Shown here one piece after another: positions 36,510 to 47,975 of a DNA stretch of 64,000 bases; the stretch's first letter is position 1, and every line of letters starts with the position of its first letter. The notes below the pieces were generated by a model, which was not told the DNA's origin, made no database searches, and saw only the letters and a program-made list of their open reading frames with translations. The stretch lies in the NCBI GenBank assembly GCA_907165135.1, contig OU015566.1, positions 5,146,001 through 5,210,000 of the forward strand, read 5' to 3'. This DNA is from Oikopleura dioica. Taxonomy: Eukaryota > Animalia > Chordata. The position numbers and the translations under genes were made by a program.

Positions 36510-37755
36510 GATGCGGCCGCTTTATACCTCGAACTAATTGAATGCGGAGAGGATAAACCGTAGTATGGAAAAATGTTTCGGTAAAAGCGACCGAAATATA
36601 AATCACTTTCAAGGGGTCAAATGTGATAAATATTTCGGCAGGCAGCCGAAAGAATCTTACAAAAATTTTTAGGAAAAAATATTAATAAAAATATATTAAT
36701 AAAAAAACGTTTTTAGGAAAAATATTTCGGTACGAGCCGAAATAAAAATCAGAAATTGATGTCTTTTGAGCAATAAAGTTTCGGCAGGTTTCTCAATTCT
36801 CATCCTGATGAACCCTTGTATGTGCATTGAATGAGTTTGGCTTCTGATGAGTTTTCACCTCAAAAATCTCGAGTTATTTTCTGTTCTCATATTAGAAGAA
36901 GATCATTTCTCGGGCATTATTTTGGAAAAATGGTGGAACCCGATGGTTAAAAATTAAAATCGTAGTATTTGCTAAAATAAAGGTTAGGGTTAGGGGGCAC
37001 CAGCAGAAATGACGGAACAAACTTACCCGAGGGGGATAGGCTAGGGTTAGTTAGGGTTACTGAAGGTGACCCTAATTAACCCTAGACTGGACCCCGGCAT
37101 CTTAGGCCCGAAGGGGCGGAGCCCCGAGGTAGGGGCAATTAGATATGATAATTTTCTTCCAAAAGCATCGATGAGATTATATGATCGTCAACGCATTTTT
37201 TGCCGAAATGTTTTTGCTTGATACGGACTAAAAAGTGAAAAAGATTTCGGTTGCCTGCCGAAACATTTTGCTCAAAAAGGGGTAAAAATGAAAGAAAGTT
37301 TCGGCTGTTACCGAAATATTAATCAGAAAATAAACTCACCATATTTCGGTAGTTTTACCGAAACATTTTTCCTTACTACCGGATAAACCACGAACCGTCA
37401 TTTCCGGCCTTGTCAAGCATGTTCCCTTGGAAGAGATGCAGAACAGAATGGTCGTCCTTCTGTGCAACCTCAAGCCGGCGAAAATGAGAGGAATCGTTTC
37501 CGAAGCAATGATCATGGGCGCTTCTACGCCAGAGTAGTAGTCCCGGGCGATCTTGTCAAAGTGCCAGGCTTCGAAGGTGAGTGTCTTCCTTGATTGCAGT
37601 GGCAAAAATTAAATTCAGGCGAACCCGACGAACTAATCAACCCAACGAGTAAAAAAGCAGTCTTCGTGTTCGAGCAAGTTGTCCCAGGATTAAAGACGAA
37701 CGACAAATGCCAAGCCACATTTAACGTAACTACAGCTGAATTAAACAAGTCCTAA
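36510..37755 (+). pseudogene. AIMP1: AIMP1/EMAPII-type tRNA-binding (OB) domain fragment, MITE-interrupted
   Basis: LYLELIECGEDK[MITE][41 protein letters not shown]...VPGD...GEPD...TND.C.AT. MARS1/YARS1 C-terminal domains are alternative identities. Confidence 0.7.
36559..37380. mobile_element. MITE with 8-9-bp TSD in the AIMP1-like exon
   Basis: TIR gtagta(t/a)ggaaaaatgtttcggtaaaa...ccgaaatat; TSD ggataaac(c) at 36551 and 37381. Confidence 0.85.
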
Positions 37756-38151
37756 ATAGCTTTTTAAGGATGTCGCCTGGGAAGTTGCCGGAAAGGGCTT
37801 TGTCCCCTCCGCTAATTTGACTAATGTTCAAGTCAAATAAGCGATCTAAAGAAAGACCGTCGATTCACTAGGCTGCTACTCAAAATACTTGATAGGGACA
37901 ATTTGAAATTAATAATAATCACCTTTCTACTTTAAGAATTTTGATGAATCGAATCGTTTTTCGCCGAATCGTTCCTTTTGCTAGTTTATCCTCGATCCAG
38001 GTAAAAAGAACGATTTAATTCGAGGTGATTTTAAAGCGATTGAAAGCTCTTCTGGAACGAGAAGGAATCGAGAAATGTGTTGGCGAAAGATAGAAGCTAC
38101 ATAATCGAAGATTCCTCTGGAACGATTGAATATTGAAACTCGTACAAGAAA

Positions 38152-38940
38152 ATGCGATTATTTGGGTATTTCGGCTGTCCTTACTGCGCCAATGTAAGGG
38201 CCTATCTTAAATTTCGGGGAATCGACAACAAAGACGTCGAAGTCAGCATTGGCAAGCCAGAGCTGAAAGGTGTCATTGAAAACTACTTACAGTGGCATGC
38301 GCGGGTTCCGCCCTATCCAAGTTCTTCTAGACAGGGCGGCAACGCAGCACGATTTTTGTTCAATTTCAGAAAGAGCTAATACAAAAGTTCTTCTAGATAG
38401 GGCGGGAGTCGTGCACGCTCGAATAGGGCGGAACCCGCGCATGCCACTGTACAAGGTAAATTGCTTGTTCCTTTTGGCAAAGAATAGTCATTTTTAGTGC
38501 CCGTCCTCGCCTTCTACAACAACAGCAGTAGCGAGCCCGACGCAGTAGTGAAGGACTCCGGAGCGATCGTCTCGACTCTGGAGCAAGTGCTCCGATTAGT
38601 GGCCGAGCCGATGAGCGAAATCGCCAAATAATACTTCGACGAAAAGGGCAAATTCATCAAGAGCAAGGTGCCGATCCTGACGAAAGACAGTAAATTCGTT
38701 CAAGACGGAATTCTATATATCGAAGCTTTTGCAGTAATCAACTTGACGGAAGGGACGAGCGCTTGGGAGCAGTACGAACAGAGTCCCGAGCTGATGCAGT
38801 GGTACTACTCAGTCCAGCACGCGGTCGACACTCATCAGGGCATGCTCTAAGCACTGGCCCCACTGAATCACTTTTACACTTGAAAAACCGTCCAAACTTC
38901 ATTCTTCAAAAGATAACTAACCAAGGAATCAAGGCCCAAG
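38152..38940 (+). pseudogene. PTGES2: Prostaglandin E synthase 2 (glutaredoxin/GST-N)-like, disrupted
   Basis: MRLFGYFGCPYCANVRAYLKFRGI...VEV...K|VPVL...DSGAIVSTL; internal stops and an exonic MITE. Confidence 0.65.
38290..38449. mobile_element. Tc1/mariner-type MITE
   Basis: Perfect 27-bp TIR cagtggcatgcgcgggttccgccctat; TA TSD on both sides. Confidence 0.9.
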
Positions 38941-39025
38941 CTTGTAAAATTACTAGATGTTTTGAATGCGGTGATGGTTGATTTTTACAAGCTTTGAAGC
39001 TGTTATCATTCGTCTTCATTTTAGA

Positions 39026-39870
39026 ATGTCAAGCAATGTCACAAAAATCGTTGAAGAAAACAAGAAAAGCAGACACTACAGTCTTTCTCTCAGCGACAAG
39101 AGCATCACCCAACTGACGCAGATTTCTTCCGACTTCAGCCAACTGCAGCACCTCTCCGAGCTCATTCTCGCGCACAACGGCCTCAAACAGCTCGCTGCTT
39201 CGATCACAAACTTAAAGAATCTCAAACTGCTCAACTGCTTCAACAATGAGCTCGTCGAGCTTCCCGGAAACTTCTCGGAGGTGAATTCAAGAGCGCGATT
39301 CTTTTCTAGAAGCCCTTGTTTTAGCTGCAAGAGCTGAGTAATCTCAATTTGGGAATGAACAAGCTTCAGCGCCTGCCGAACAGCTTCCACAAACTCGCCA
39401 AGCTCGAAATACTCGACTTGACGTAAAACAACTTCAACGAAACAGTTTGCGAGCTCCTTTATAAGGTAACTCTCAGTCAGTCGCGTTTTTCCTATTTTTG
39501 TAGTCGCTGCGCGCGTTGTACGTTTCCGACAACGACTTCCACCATCTTCCTTAAAAGTGGCCCAATTAAAGAGACTTCAAATTCTTTGCGCAAGAGATAA
39601 CGAGATAACGCTCATTCCGCCGGAAATCGCAATAATGGACAATTTAACAGAGCTTCATTTACAGGTACTTGATTACTTCGTTTAGAATCGTATTTCATTT
39701 GGATCTTGCAGGGCAATTTGCTGAGTCTACTTCCGCCGCAGCTTCCAGTGCTCGTCGGGAAGAAGCTCAAAATTCTGAGAGTGGAGAGGAACTAGTTCGT
39801 CCGACCGATCGAAGAAAACAGGAAAAAGGCCAACAAGCGCTGTAGATTATCTCCGCTCCGACCGTAAGAC
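39026..39870 (+). pseudogene. RSU1: Ras suppressor protein 1 (LRR), nonsense and frameshift lesions
   Basis: MSSNVTKIVEE..., LILAHNGL, LNCFNNELVELP, LNLGMNKLQRLP, LEILDLT*NN, SLRALYVSDNDF, LHLQ|GNLL; colinear with RSU1. Confidence 0.9.
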
Positions 39871-40871
39871 AGCTCTTCTTGATAGGCTTCCTTTGAGGCT
39901 CAAAGTTTGAGCGCAATTCAGAGTACTGCATCTTCTACAACCGCGAAGGAGGCGACCAGAACGCGAAGCCCTCTGCCGAGCGGCGCAAAGAGCGGGAGAA
40001 GAAGCGGCAAGTCACCCGCCCAGTCCAGGCTTGATCTGATTCTGTACCTTTTTTGCATGTTCTGTCTGGCAGCACTTCCAATATCCACCAGCGCTACTTT
40101 CATCGTCATCAAAAACTCCCTTCAGTGCACTGACCTCTCTCTCTTCTACGCTTGATCATTCTAACTGGCCAATTTAAGGAACTCCCGTTGAAACTGGTCC
40201 ACTTTTGAAAGGTTGCTGGGAAGTTCCTTAATTGGCAAATGGTTCCTTTTCTTCTAATAAATTCGGTTTCTTCAAAATATTTTTTATTCGTATTTTCAGA
40301 ATTGGCGATTGAAATAAGCCATCCCTTTTGTTTTTACGAATATTGAGAATGATTACTAAAGGAGGAATCAAACGAGGAATTTACGGGTGTATGGCGCCCA
40401 GGTTATGCGGCCGTCCTTGAGTTCCTGAAAGACATGGCCAGCGCGAAGGAAGACGAAGACTCGGCCTTCCGGTCGGTAATGTCGATGGACAAGTCAGCGT
40501 TTAGCCGAAACGATCGGAACTAAGAGAACCTCTCGCAAAACAGTGTAACGGTTACTTCTATCTCGTCGAGTAGATCGCGGCCGATCGACGCCGAGAGAAT
40601 TAACGCAGGCTTCGTTGTCAACTTCAAAAAGAAATACTCTATCAAGGTCACTATTTTCTGCACAAAGAATTATCCAAACTTGTTTTCAGTACAACTGCGA
40701 AAGCAACGGGCTCTGGCGGCTCTTTGAACGTCTCTCAAGCGGGTCTCATTCGAGAAACTCTTTTCGCTATGGAAAACATCCCCGGCCTCTTCATTTGCTA
40801 CGACGACAACGTCAATTCACTTTACAGATACCGACTCAAGGAGAAATGACAGAGTAGACAGTCGCGATCGA

Positions 40872-40925
40872 TCAGATGTGGAGTCGCTGGGCGCGTTGGG
40901 CTTTCACGGGGAGACGCTCGGTTCG
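40872..40925 (+). pseudogene. MutL-family (MLH/PMS) ATP-lid motif fragment
   Basis: SDVESLGALGFHGETLGS resembles the DL....TLGFRGEAL.S motif; no further MutL sequence recognised. Confidence 0.4.
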
Positions 40926-41172
40926 TGTACCAATTGGTATTCGAATACCAAAATTGGTATTCAAATACCAAAATTGGTATTCGAATACCAAATTTCCTCA
41001 AAAGTCCAAATTTGATGTAGCAAAAGAGACCCTATGCGCTCCGCGCCTGTCTTGTAGGAACTTTTGCGAGTAGTTTAGTAGTTTTTTGAAGGAAAAAATA
41101 TGATCTGGTAAAAATATGGTATTCGAATACCAATTTTTGGTATTCGAATACCAAAAAATTTTGGTACACGAA
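40922..41172. mobile_element. Putative MITE with palindromic subterminal repeats
   Basis: 12-bp TIR ttcgtgtaccaa / ttggtacacgaa; five copies of the palindrome tggtattcgaatacca (three left, two right). Confidence 0.65.
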
Positions 41173-41570
41173 TCGAGCGTCCCCGCTTTCACGTTCGCGA
41201 AATCAGCGCCTTTATCGCGCAGCACGAGAAGCAGGAAGGATGATTGGAAGCGCTGGTCAGCAGAATTCGAGCTGGGACTTTTCCAAGTTTATGCGGCGGA
41301 GTATGATGGCAAAAAGACCAAGAAAGAGGACTTGCGAAATTGATGCTTCCGAAGCACGAGAATAGACAACTTTAACCGCTGCTGTTTAAGATTTCCAGAA
41401 TGACTAAATTATAAACACCATAACAGTGTTTTCGGCTTGGTCTACGGGAGTTTTTCTGAAAACGGGTGTGGGTGGGGATGGGGACAGGCAAAGTCATGAT
41501 GTCTCATTATTTGGCGGGAGACTCTGTCTGTCTGCGATCAGGCAGGCTCCCTTTAATGTTATGCTTGTAG

Positions 41571-44500
41571 TGTAGAGGGCCCAAGTTAGTCTTAGAGCGT
41601 GGGCGCGACTAGGGTTATGCTTGTAGAGGGCCCAAGTTAGTCTTAGAGCGTGGGCGCGACTAGGGTTATGCTTGTAGAGGGCCCAAGTTAGTCTTAGAGC
41701 GTGGGCGCGACTAGGGTTATGCTTGTAGAGGGCCCAAGTTAGTCTTAGAGCGTGGGCGCGACTAGGGTTATGCTTGTAGAGGGCCCAAGTTAGTCTTAGA
41801 GCGTGGGCGCGACTAGGGTTATGCTTGTAGAGGGCCCAAGTTAGTCTTAGAGCGTGGGCGCGACTAGGGTTATGCTTGTAGAGGGCCCAAGTTAGTCTTA
41901 GAGCGTGGGCGCGACTAGGGTTATGCTTGTAGAGGGCCCAAGTTAGTCTTAGAGCGTGGGCGCGACTAGGGTTATGCTTGTAGAGGGCCCAAGTTAGTCT
42001 TAGAGCGTGGGCGCGACTAGGGTTATGCTTGTAGAGGGCCCAAGTTAGTCTTAGAGCGTGGGCGCGACTAGGGTTATGCTTGTAGAGGGCCCAAGTTAGT
42101 CTTAGAGCGTGGGCGCGACTAGGGTTATGCTTGTAGAGGGCCCAAGTTAGTCTTAGAGCGTGGGCGCGACTAGGGTTATGCTTGTAGAGGGCCCAAGTTA
42201 GTCTTAGAGCGTGGGCGCGACTAGGGTTATGCTTGTAGAGGGCCCAAGTTAGTCTTAGAGCGTGGGCGCGACTAGGGTTATGCTTGTAGAGGGCCCAAGT
42301 TAGTCTTAGAGCGTGGGCGCGACTAGGGTTATGCTTGTAGAGGGCCCAAGTTAGTCTTAGAGCGTGGGCGCGACTAGGGTTATGCTTGTAGAGGGCCCAA
42401 GTTAGTCTTAGAGCGTGGGCGCGACTAGGGTTATGCTTGTAGAGGGCCCAAGTTAGTCTTAGAGCGTGGGCGCGACTAGGGTTATGCTTGTAGAGGGCCC
42501 AAGTTAGTCTTAGAGCGTGGGCGCGACTAGGGTTATGCTTGTAGAGGGCCCAAGTTAGTCTTAGAGCGTGGGCGCGACTAGGGTTATGCTTGTAGAGGGC
42601 CCAAGTTAGTCTTAGAGCGTGGGCGCGACTAGGGTTATGCTTGTAGAGGGCCCAAGTTAGTCTTAGAGCGTGGGCGCGACTAGGGTTATGCTTGTAGAGG
42701 GCCCAAGTTAGTCTTAGAGCGTGGGCGCGACTAGGGTTATGCTTGTAGAGGGCCCAAGTTAGTCTTAGAGCGTGGGCGCGACTAGGGTTATGCTTGTAGA
42801 GGGCCCAAGTTAGTCTTAGAGCGTGGGCGCGACTAGGGTTATGCTTGTAGAGGGCCCAAGTTAGTCTTAGAGCGTGGGCGCGACTAGGGTTATGCTTGTA
42901 GAGGGCCCAAGTTAGTCTTAGAGCGTGGGCGCGACTAGGGTTATGCTTGTAGAGGGCCCAAGTTAGTCTTAGAGCGTGGGCGCGACTAGGGTTATGCTTG
43001 TAGAGGGCCCAAGTTAGTCTTAGAGCGTGGGCGCGACTAGGGTTATGCTTGTAGAGGGCCCAAGTTAGTCTTAGAGCGTGGGCGCGACTAGGGTTATGCT
43101 TGTAGAGGGCCCAAGTTAGTCTTAGAGCGTGGGCGCGACTAGGGTTATGCTTGTAGAGGGCCCAAGTTAGTCTTAGAGCGTGGGCGCGACTAGGGTTATG
43201 CTTGTAGAGGGCCCAAGTTAGTCTTAGAGCGTGGGCGCGACTAGGGTTATGCTTGTAGAGGGCCCAAGTTAGTCTTAGAGCGTGGGCGCGACTAGGGTTA
43301 TGCTTGTAGAGGGCCCAAGTTAGTCTTAGAGCGTGGGCGCGACTAGGGTTATGCTTGTAGAGGGCCCAAGTTAGTCTTAGAGCGTGGGCGCGACTAGGGT
43401 TATGCTTGTAGAGGGCCCAAGTTAGTCTTAGAGCGTGGGCGCGACTAGGGTTATGCTTGTAGAGGGCCCAAGTTAGTCTTAGAGCGTGGGCGCGACTAGG
43501 GTTATGCTTGTAGAGGGCCCAAGTTAGTCTTAGAGCGTGGGCGCGACTAGGGTTATGCTTGTAGAGGGCCCAAGTTAGTCTTAGAGCGTGGGCGCGACTA
43601 GGGTTATGCTTGTAGAGGGCCCAAGTTAGTCTTAGAGCGTGGGCGCGACTAGGGTTATGCTTGTAGAGGGCCCAAGTTAGTCTTAGAGCGTGGGCGCGAC
43701 TAGGGTTATGCTTGTAGAGGGCCCAAGTTAGTCTTAGAGCGTGGGCGCGACTAGGGTTATGCTTGTAGAGGGCCCAAGTTAGTCTTAGAGCGTGGGCGCG
43801 ACTAGGGTTATGCTTGTAGAGGGCCCAAGTTAGTCTTAGAGCGTGGGCGCGACTAGGGTTATGCTTGTAGAGGGCCCAAGTTAGTCTTAGAGCGTGGGCG
43901 CGACTAGGGTTATGCTTGTAGAGGGCCCAAGTTAGTCTTAGAGCGTGGGCGCGACTAGGGTTATGCTTGTAGAGGGCCCAAGTTAGTCTTAGAGCGTGGG
44001 CGCGACTAGGGTTATGCTTGTAGAGGGCCCAAGTTAGTCTTAGAGCGTGGGCGCGACTAGGGTTATGCTTGTAGAGGGCCCAAGTTAGTCTTAGAGCGTG
44101 GGCGCGACTAGGGTTATGCTTGTAGAGGGCCCAAGTTAGTCTTAGAGCGTGGGCGCGACTAGGGTTATGCTTGTAGAGGGCCCAAGTTAGTCTTAGAGCG
44201 TGGGCGCGACTAGGGTTATGCTTGTAGAGGGCCCAAGTTAGTCTTAGAGCGTGGGCGCGACTAGGGTTATGCTTGTAGAGGGCCCAAGTTAGTCTTAGAG
44301 CGTGGGCGCGACTAGGGTTATGCTTGTAGAGGGCCCAAGTTAGTCTTAGAGCGTGGGCGCGACTAGGGTTATGCTTGTAGAGGGCCCAAGTTAGTCTTAG
44401 AGCGTGGGCGCGACTAGGGTTATGCTTGTAGAGGGCCCAAGTTAGTCTTAGAGCGTGGGCGCGACTAGGGTTATGCTTGTAGAGGGCCCAAGTTAGTCTT

Positions 44501-45098
44501 AGAGCGTGGGCGCGACTAGGGTTATGCTTGTAGAGGGCCCAAGTTAGTCTTAGAGCGTGGGCGCGACTAGGGTTATGCTTGTAGAGGGCCCAAGTTAGTC
44601 TTAGAGCGTGGGCGCGACTAGGGTTATGCTTGTAGAGGGCCCAAGTTAGTCTTAGAGCGTGGGCGCGACTAGGGTTATGCTTGTAGAGGGCCCAAGTTAG
44701 TCTTAGAGCGTGGGCGCGACTAGGGTTATGCTTGTAGAGGGCCCAAGTTAGTCTTAGAGCGTGGGCGCGACTAGGGTTATGCTTGTAGAGGGCCCAAGTT
44801 AGTCTTAGAGCGTGGGCGCGACTAGGGTTATGCTTGTAGAGGGCCCAAGTTAGTCTTAGAGCGTGGGCGCGACTAGGGTTATGCTTGTAGAGGGCCCAAG
44901 TTAGTCTTAGAGCGTGGGCGCGACTAGGGTTATGCTTGTAGAGGGCCCAAGTTAGTCTTAGAGCGTGGGCGCGACTAGGGTTATGCTTGTAGAGGGCCCA
45001 AGTTAGTCTTAGAGCGTGGGCGCGACTAGGGTTATGCTTGTAGAGGGCCCAAGTTAGTCTTAGAGCGTGGGCGCGACTAGGGTTAGGCTTGTAGAGGG
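41571..45098 (+). repeat. 51-bp subtelomeric tandem satellite, 69 units
   Basis: Unit tgtagagggcccaagttagtcttagagcgtgggcgcgactagggttatgct; (45090-41571)/51 = 69. Units look identical except the last (ttaggct). Confidence 0.97.
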
Positions 45099-45656
45099 TT
45101 AGGGTTAGGGTTAGGGTTGGGCGCGTTAGGGTTAGGGTTAGGGTTAGGGTTAGGGTTAGTCTTAGAGGTTAGCGGTTAGGGTTAGGTTGGGTTAGGTTAG
45201 GGTTAGGGTTAGGGTTAGGGTTAGGGTTAGGGTTAGGGTTAGGGTTAGGTTAGGTTAGGGTTAGGGTTAGGGTTAGGGTTAGGGTTAGGGTTAGGGTTAG
45301 GGTTAGGGTTAGGGTTAGGGTTAGGTTAGGGTTAGGGTTAGGGTTAGGGTTAGGGTTAGGGTTAGGTTAGGGTTAGGGTTAGGGTTAGGTTAGGGTTAGG
45401 GTTAGGGTTAGGGTTAGGGTTAGGGTTAGGGTTAGGGTTAGGGTTAGGGTTGGGTTAGGGTTAGGGTTAGGTTAGGGTTAGGTTAGGTTAGGTTAGGTTA
45501 GGGTTAGGGTTAGGGTTAGGTTAGGTTAGGTTAGGTTAGGTTAGGGTTAGGTTAGGTTAGGTTAGGTTAGGGTTAGGGTTAGGTTAGGTTAGGTTAGGTT
45601 AGGGTTAGGGTTAGGTTAGGTTAGGTTAGGTTAGGTTAGGTTAGGTTAGGTTAGGG
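45099..45656 (+). repeat. Telomeric array (TTAGGG)n mixed with TTAGG
   Basis: About 560 bp, G-strand pointing right toward the gap; satellite fragments embedded in the first 80 bp. Confidence 0.95.
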
Positions 45657-46156
45657 NNNNNNNNNNNNNNNNNNNNNNNNNNNNNNNNNNNNNNNNNNNN
45701 NNNNNNNNNNNNNNNNNNNNNNNNNNNNNNNNNNNNNNNNNNNNNNNNNNNNNNNNNNNNNNNNNNNNNNNNNNNNNNNNNNNNNNNNNNNNNNNNNNNN
45801 NNNNNNNNNNNNNNNNNNNNNNNNNNNNNNNNNNNNNNNNNNNNNNNNNNNNNNNNNNNNNNNNNNNNNNNNNNNNNNNNNNNNNNNNNNNNNNNNNNNN
45901 NNNNNNNNNNNNNNNNNNNNNNNNNNNNNNNNNNNNNNNNNNNNNNNNNNNNNNNNNNNNNNNNNNNNNNNNNNNNNNNNNNNNNNNNNNNNNNNNNNNN
46001 NNNNNNNNNNNNNNNNNNNNNNNNNNNNNNNNNNNNNNNNNNNNNNNNNNNNNNNNNNNNNNNNNNNNNNNNNNNNNNNNNNNNNNNNNNNNNNNNNNNN
46101 NNNNNNNNNNNNNNNNNNNNNNNNNNNNNNNNNNNNNNNNNNNNNNNNNNNNNNNN
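45657..46156. other. Assembly gap (500 N)
   Basis: Exactly 500 N, suggesting a fixed-size scaffolding gap. Confidence 0.99.
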
Positions 46157-46579
46157 GGGGTCACAGTGTCAAGCCTCAAAGAGGAACTCGGCTAGGGGTT
46201 GAATCCATCAAGCAGCAGCAAATCGTAATAACCTGTTAAGCTATTTAAATCAAGGAGGAAAATATCAGAAATAGTAAATAAAGGGATGATTTGTGATTTT
46301 CATGCGACCTAAAAGTGTGAGAGAAAAACGCCCAAAGGGCGGTGGCTAATGTGCCTTCGGAGAATGAAATTACGCGTACGTAACAAGAACTACAGTCAAA
46401 TCTGACTCAGATTGACCTTCTAAGATTTTTCTTTTTTTTCTTTTTTGTTATGCGATAAGGCTCAATATCGCTATTAAATATATGTGATTTCCATGCAAAT
46501 AATCAACCAAATTGGCGCAAATGGACCGTGAGTTTTTCGATTCAATTTTATTTTTTGTGTTCTTTTCTTATCGTTATCA

Positions 46580-47160
46580 ATAGCAAAGACCATCAAAAAA
46601 AAAATTTTTTTTTTTTGAATTTTTTATCTGTTGTTTTTGAGAGGCACAAAATCAACCAAAATGACGCTCAGAAGACGACGGAACTGCTACGAATAAAATA
46701 AGGGCAAAATACGGAGTTTCAAAATTTTGACCTCGTTTTTGGGCGATTTGAGATAGCGAAAACCATCGAAAAAAAATTTTTTTTTTGAATTATTTTTTCT
46801 GTTGGTTTCGAGAGGCTCAAAATCAACTTAAATGACGCTTAGAAGACGGCGAAAACGATGCAAATAAAATAAGGGCAAAATACGAAGTTTCAAAATTTTA
46901 ACCTCGTTCTTGGGCGATATGAGATAGCGTAGACCATCAAAAAACAATTTTTTTTTATTTTTTTCTGTTGGTATTGAGAGGCTCAAAATCAACCAAAATG
47001 ACGCTCAGAAGACGGCGAAAACGCTGAAAATAAAGTAAGGGCAAAATACGAAGTTTCAAAATTTTGACCTCGTTCTTGGGCGATTTGAGAAAGCTGGTTT
47101 TGAGAGGCTCAAAATCAACCGAAATGACGCTTAAAAGACGGCCAAACGCTGCAAATAAAA
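46580..47160 (+). repeat. Diverged AT-rich tandem repeat, period about 166-171 bp, about 3.3 copies
   Basis: gagaggc(t/a)caaaatcaacc...gacgct.agaagacg...agggcaaaatacg.agtttcaaaatttt.acctcgtt recurs at 46639, 46810, 46976 and partly at 47102. Confidence 0.8.
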
Positions 47161-47329
47161 AAACTGCGGGTTAACCGGAAAAAAATGCGAGTAATTTCAA
47201 AGGACTCGAAATCGACAGCTATGAAGACAACATAAGCTCAACAACGCGATGTTCAGGATAGATAGTCAAGCAGTTAAGGCGAATGTTACTCATCTCGAGA
47301 TACTGAAGTACAGTTATCTTTTTGAAAAA

Positions 47330-47740
47330 CTTTTTGAATAACTTTTAGATCGAACTTGACAACGCCGATGCAGCAGACTTGGTGACATAAGGCAATAAAG
47401 AACAATCAAACAACGAGGAGATTTCCAATAAAATGCCCTCTTTAGCTGAAGATCTGGAGGAAGCCCACTTGGAAGATGAAGAATGGACGGAACTTGAGAA
47501 GGAAAAAAGCTCATCTACAGGAAAGTCTGTCAACCCAAAGACTCTTAAAAAAGAACGACTAGAGGCTTTCATGATGTGTCAAATCTGCTTTGAGTAAGAT
47601 TTATGCCAACATTTATCAAATCAAGAAATTATTCAGATACTACGATGATGGAAACGCGCAAAATATTCGCATGCCTGTGGCGATTGTTGTTGCTGGACAT
47701 GCATGAAGATGGAATTTGCTCGTCAACGAGGAAGTAAATA
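47330..47740 (+). CDS. RING-finger-like protein exons
   Basis: ...KERLEAFMMCQICF|...HACGDCCCWTCMK..., with a gtaag/cag intron. The frame is uncertain. Confidence 0.35.
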
Positions 47741-47975
47741 ATGATAATTGAATATTCTTGTCAAAAATGTTTTTAGTTGGAAGGTGTTACAGGGTTACAT
47801 GATTTGAGCTAAATTCAAAAGATGCGCCAAGCCCGAGCGAAGCTGAGAAGCGCGAGGCAGCCGACTCTCTGGCGCCCTTGGGTGTTGTGCAGGGAATTTT
47901 GTAGGGGCGTTGGCTGAAAAGTTATTCCTTTCTTCATTTTTTGTTAAGCAAGTAAATAACATTCAATATTGTAGG

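Noticed and set aside
36980-37075. Interstitial telomere (ggttagggttaggg, tagggttagttagggtt)
   Set aside because: Only 2-3 units, inside a MITE; similar short motifs near 12040-12090. Too short to call.
36559-37380. Introner behaviour of the AIMP1-exon MITE
   Set aside because: It offers a GT just inside the TIR but no AG at the position needed for exact removal.
41571-45098. CRISPR array
   Set aside because: Units are identical head-to-tail with no unique spacers, there are no cas genes, and the context is eukaryotic.
45470-45656. Arthropod contamination (TTAGG telomere)
   Set aside because: The TTAGG units are continuous and mixed with TTAGGG and the satellite on the same contig.
45646-46179. 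177-aa ORF in the track
   Set aside because: It is translation through the N gap.
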